Assembly: GCF_059719365.1 (NCBI RefSeq)
Contig: NZ_AP045814.1
Length of the DNA stretch: 24,000 nucleotides
Direction: 5' to 3' (one strand)
Below, in pieces: positions 20,507 through 24,000 of the stretch. The position numbers and the translations under genes are program-made. Under the pieces are notes generated by a model. That model was not told the origin of the DNA. It was given only the letters and a program-made list of their open reading frames with translations, and made no database searches. The number at the start of each line of letters is the position of its first letter. Within the stretch, counting starts at the first letter, position 1.

Positions 20507-20549
20507 CCTGCATAAAAGCAGGAGTGAAGCGGCGTACCGCGACGCCGCT
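20507..20549 (-). terminator. Two tandem hairpins at the 3' end of mntS/RybA (candidate terminator region)
   Basis: agcggcgt-accgcg-acgccgct (20528-20549) overlaps the mntS stop. It is followed on the minus strand by cctgc-ttttat-gcagg (20507-20522). The U-tracts are poor, so the exact 3' end is uncertain. Confidence 0.4.
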
Positions 20550-20676
20550 ATTTATCGGAAGGTTTATCCTGCTGCGGTTTGTTGTTGACCATATCGCACA
20601 ACATAGAGAGCAGCATTAACCGTACTTTAAAGGGAGAATGACTAAACACGCGCATACACCTCTTGAACTCATTCAT
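20548..20676 (-). CDS. mntS: Small protein MntS (encoded in the RybA transcript), manganese chaperone/regulator
   Basis: This gene is not in the ORF track because it is too short. The minus strand encodes MNEFKRCMRVFSHSPFKVRLMLLSMLCDMVNNKPQQDKPSDK* (42 aa) with a GGAGG Shine-Dalgarno 5 nt upstream. The sequence is recognised as MntS, and MntR boxes lie upstream. Confidence 0.9.
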   Translation of the reverse strand: MNEFKRCMRVFSHSPFKVRLMLLSMLCDMVNNKPQQDKPSDK

Positions 20677-20734
20677 AAGACCTCCTTACTTGCTAATCCC
20701 ATCGATCCTTGAGGGATGATTGCATTATATACAG

Positions 20735-20770
20735 ATATAGCACAGGCTATATTATATAGCTATTGCTAAA
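20735..20770. promoter_or_regulatory. Two adjacent MntR operator sites in the divergent mntS / mntR-ybiR control region
   Basis: ATATAGCACAGGCTATAT (20735-20752) is a near-perfect match to the MntR palindrome (A)CATAGC-N4-GCTATG(T). It is followed by tATATAGCTATTGCTAAA (20753-20770), which is a weaker second copy. Confidence 0.7.
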
Positions 20771-20861
20771 ACGTTAATTTTTTGTACCCTCGCAACTCTG
20801 GTTTACAATGTGCGCACGAAATGAGAACGCTATGTATGCGTCACCATAATGAGGAAGCACA

Positions 20862-21329
20862 ATGAGTCGTCGCGCAGGTACGCCAACAGCAAAAAAAGTG
20901 ACGCAGTTAGTGAACGTGGAAGAGCACGTTGAAGGGTTCCGCCAGGTCAGAGAGGCGCATCGGCGCGAGCTGATTGATGATTACGTTGAGCTGATTTCTG
21001 ACTTGATCAGGGAAGTGGGGGAAGCTCGTCAGGTGGACATGGCTGCTCGTCTGGGGGTTTCGCAACCGACGGTGGCTAAAATGCTTAAGCGACTGGCAAC
21101 CATGGGGCTGATTGAAATGATCCCCTGGCGTGGCGTGTTTTTAACGGCAGAAGGAGAGAAGCTGGCGCAGGAAAGCCGCGAGCGACATCAGATAGTCGAA
21201 AATTTCTTGTTGGTGTTGGGCGTCAGTCCGGAAATCGCCCGTCGCGACGCGGAAGGTATGGAGCACCATGTTAGTGAAGAGACGCTGGATGCCTTTCGTT
21301 TGTTTACCCAGAAACACGGTGCCAAATGA
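20862..21329 (+). CDS. mntR: Manganese-responsive transcriptional regulator MntR (DtxR family)
   Basis: 155-aa ORF with a GAGGAAG Shine-Dalgarno. It has a DtxR-type wHTH ([24 protein letters not shown]). The sequence is recognised as MntR. Confidence 0.95.
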
Positions 21330-22444
21330 GCCTGCCTTTTTTACGCACGCTGCAAGGCGATCGTTTTTTTCAGTTATTAATTCTTGTTGGCATCGGATTA
21401 AGTTTTTTCGTTCCCTTTGCACCGAAATCCTGGCCTGCTGCTATCGACTGGCACACCATCATCACCTTAAGCGGCCTGATGCTGCTGACCAAAGGTGTCG
21501 AGTTAAGCGGTTATTTTGATGTGCTGGGGCGCAAAATGGTGCGCCGTTTTGCTACGGAGCGTCGGCTGGCGATGTTTATGGTACTGGCGGCAGCGCTGCT
21601 TTCTACCTTTCTGACCAACGATGTCGCACTGTTTATAGTTGTTCCGCTGACTATCACGCTAAAAAGACTGTGTGAGATTCCGGTTAATCGGCTGATTATT
21701 TTTGAGGCGCTGGCAGTCAACGCTGGTTCGCTACTGACGCCAATTGGCAACCCGCAAAATATTCTTATCTGGGGACGTTCTGGTCTTTCGTTTGCCGGAT
21801 TTATTGCCCAAATGGCACCGCTGGCTGGCGCAATGATGCTGACACTCCTGCTGTTGTGCTGGTGTTGTTTCCCTGGAAAGGCGCTGCAATACCATACGGG
21901 GGTGCAAACGCCGGAGTGGAAACCGCGGCTGGTGTGGAGTTGTCTGGGGCTGTATATCGTCTTTCTGACGGCGCTGGAGTTAAAACAAGAGCTGTGGGGA
22001 CTGGTGATTGTGGCGGCGGGCTTTGCGCTGCTGGCGCGTCGTGTGGTGCTCAGTGTGGACTGGACGCTGCTGCTGGTGTTTATGGCGATGTTTATCGACG
22101 TCCATTTACTAACCCAACTGCCAGTTTTGCAGGGGGTGTTAAGTAACGTGAGTCATTTATCCGAACCCGGATTATGGTTAACGGCGATCGGTTTATCGCA
22201 GGTGATCAGTAACGTGCCGAGTACCATTTTGCTGCTCAATTATGTGCCACCGTCTTTATTACTGGCATGGGCGGTAAACGTGGGGGGCTTTGGTTTATTA
22301 CCCGGATCGCTGGCAAATTTGATTGCGTTACGGATGGCGAACGATCGCCGTATCTGGTGGCGTTTTCATCTTTATTCGATACCGATGCTGTTGTGGGCGG
22401 CGCTGGTGGGATATGTTTTGTTGGTTATGATCCCGGCGGGATAA
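21326..22444 (+). CDS. ybiR: YbiR, putative anion/ion permease (ArsB/NhaD superfamily), function unknown
   Basis: 372-aa polytopic membrane ORF. Its ATG overlaps the mntR stop (ATGA at 21326-21329). The sequence is recognised as YbiR. Confidence 0.92.
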
Positions 22445-22457
22445 GGTCTGTCAAATT

Positions 22458-22486
22458 AAAAAGGCGGATTATGAGTCCGCCTTTGC
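22458..22486. terminator. Bidirectional terminator between the convergent genes ybiR and ldtB
   Basis: aaaaaggcgga-ttatgag-tccgccttt has a 7-bp GC core stem extended by A/T pairs. The A-run and T-run flanks allow it to function in both directions. Confidence 0.75.
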
Positions 22487-22501
22487 TTTACGTTTTGAAG
22501 A

Positions 22502-23422
22502 TTAATTCAGACGAACCGGCATCCCGGAACGATTTTTGATCGCTTCATCCAGAACAACCTGGTCAACATCTGGCTGACCGGTCACTGTCTGCACGCTCTT
22601 CGTCAGGGTAATTGGCACAATTTCCTGACCTTCAAACTGGGCTTCGGTTGTAGACAGCGGGTTATGGACTTCAATATAACGGCTGCCGTCTGGCTCGGTG
22701 GTCGCTTTTACCGGCTCATCAATAAACTGTACGCGGGTACCGACCGGTACTTTCTCGAACAGGAATTTGATGTCTTCGTTACGCAGACGCACACAACCAT
22801 GACTTACACGCAGGCCGATACCGAAGTTGGCGTTGGTGCCATGGATAGCGTACAGGCGACCGATGTAGAGTGCATACAGCCCCATCGGGTTATCCGGACC
22901 AGCCGGAACGACCGCCGGAAGCGGTTCGCCCGCAGCGCGGTACTCTGCGTGCATTTTAGCGGTCGGCGTCCAGGTCGGGCCTGCTTTTTTACGCTCAACT
23001 TTGGTGGTCCAGTTGATAGGCGTGTCTTTGCCTAACTGACCAATGCCGATCGGCAGCACGATAACGGTGTTGGTCCCTTTCGGATAGTAATACAGACGCA
23101 TCTCTGCACTGTTAATGACGATGCCTTCATGAACGGTATCCGGCAGGATCAGCTGCTGCGGAATGTTCAGTACAGTACCGCCTTTCGGCAGGAAGGTATC
23201 CACACCCGGGTTCGCTTCCATCATATTGGAAAGTCCCATCTGGTACTCGGCGGCAAAATACTCCAGCGGCTGAGTGTTACCTTCAGGAATGGTGATCACC
23301 TGATTCTGACCAACCAGGCGACTCCCGTCGGTTGGCAGAGGATAAGTTACCGCAGAGGCGGTACTGCAAAAGCCGACAACAGCGAAGGCCGCTGCGAATA
23401 ATGTTTTCAATTTCATATTCAT
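22502..23422 (-). CDS. ldtB: L,D-transpeptidase LdtB (YbiS; attaches Braun lipoprotein to peptidoglycan)
   Basis: 306-aa ORF with the signal peptide [24 protein letters not shown]. The YkuD catalytic motif is present as [14 protein letters not shown]. The sequence is recognised as YbiS/LdtB. Confidence 0.95.
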
Positions 23423-23640
23423 GTTAAGCGAGATTTTGTGCCTGGCAGGCCATTGGGTTGAGAATATTAGAGTATTGGAAGCGCATTATAAGTTCATTCC
23501 AGCTCACAGTGAAATCAGATGTGTACGAAATCACATTTTTTGCCTTTGGCTTGAGTGTAGACCTTAAGCGAGGAGCAGGATCTTCTTTCAGACTTATGGC
23601 ATAATGCGCGGTTTGTCATATCTCTTTTCAGGATACGCCT

Positions 23641-24000
23641 GTGTTAGTTTCCAGTAACGTCACCATGCAGTTCGGCAGTAAGCCGTTGTTTGAAAACATT
23701 TCCGTCAAATTCGGCGGCGGCAACCGTTACGGCCTGATTGGCGCGAACGGTAGTGGTAAATCCACCTTTATGAAGATCCTCGGCGGCGACTTAGAGCCGA
23801 CGTTGGGTAACGTTTCCCTCGATCCCAATGAGCGCATTGGTAAGCTGCGTCAGGATCAGTTTGCCTTTGAAGAGTTCACTGTGCTGGATACGGTGATCAT
23901 GGGGCATAAAGAGTTGTGGGAAGTGAAGCAGGAACGTGACCGCATCTATGCTTTGCCGGAAATGAGTGAAGAAGACGGCTATAAAGTGGCCGATCTGGAA
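23641..24000 (+). CDS. ybiT: ABC-F family ATPase YbiT, N-terminal fragment (3' end outside window), GTG start
   Basis: This fragment is not in the ORF track because the frame runs off the edge. From GTG 23641 it reads (M)[53 protein letters not shown]..., with Walker [10 protein letters not shown]. The sequence is recognised as YbiT. Confidence 0.88.
   Translation, partial: MLVSSNVTMQFGSKPLFENISVKFGGGNRYGLIGANGSGKSTFMKILGGDLEPTLGNVSLDPNERIGKLRQDQFAFEEFTVLDTVIMGHKELWEVKQERDRIYALPEMSEEDGYKVADLE

Noticed and set aside
20300-20515. 71-aa plus-strand ORF in the opgE-mntS intergenic region (MCLPWRQGSIPARVREEGKG...)
   Set aside because: This is the only track ORF not overlapping a known gene. It has no Shine-Dalgarno (aacaaacgcc precedes the ATG) and a very basic, low-complexity translation. 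It runs antisense into the mntS/RybA 3' hairpins. More likely this region holds the opgE promoter plus the RybA terminator. It would need ribosome profiling to be revived.

Overview
This window reads as ordinary, well-characterised Escherichia coli core chromosome: the rhlE-dinG-fiu-glnHPQ-dps-ompX-mntR-ybiT neighbourhood, about 18 min on the K-12 map. Gene order and protein lengths match what I remember of K-12, recognised from the translated ORFs only since no search was possible. I call 21 complete CDSs: dinG, ybiB, hcxB/ybiC, ybiJ, ybiI, ybiX, fiu, mcbA, rlmF, ybiO, glnQ, glnP, glnH, dps, rhtA, ompX, opgE, mntS, mntR, ybiR and ldtB. There are also two edge-truncated CDSs (rhlE 3' end, ybiT 5' end) and one gene remnant (5'-deleted ybiA). 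Three REP/BIME clusters and one GC-rich intercistronic repeat are present. Several textbook regulatory sites are readable directly: the dinG LexA box, the fiu Fur box, the glnHp2 sigma-54 promoter with NtrC sites, the dps sigmaS-type -10, and MntR boxes. Several stem-loop terminators are also visible. Seven ORF-track entries need shorter starts than listed. The 42-aa mntS gene and the GTG-initiated ybiT fragment are missing from the track. I see no tRNA or rRNA genes, IS elements, integrases, CRISPR arrays or phage or defence hallmarks, and no obvious compositional break. I therefore do not find a novel system here. The points worth a second look are modest. They are the ybiA deletion next to the dinG SOS promoter, and a REP pair between fiu and ybiX flanked by a duplicated terminator-like sequence. 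The rest are uncharacterised genes in suggestive contexts (TraR-like ybiI and the oxygenase ybiX beside Fur-regulated fiu, and ybiR coupled to mntR) and a few unexplained palindromes and hairpins.
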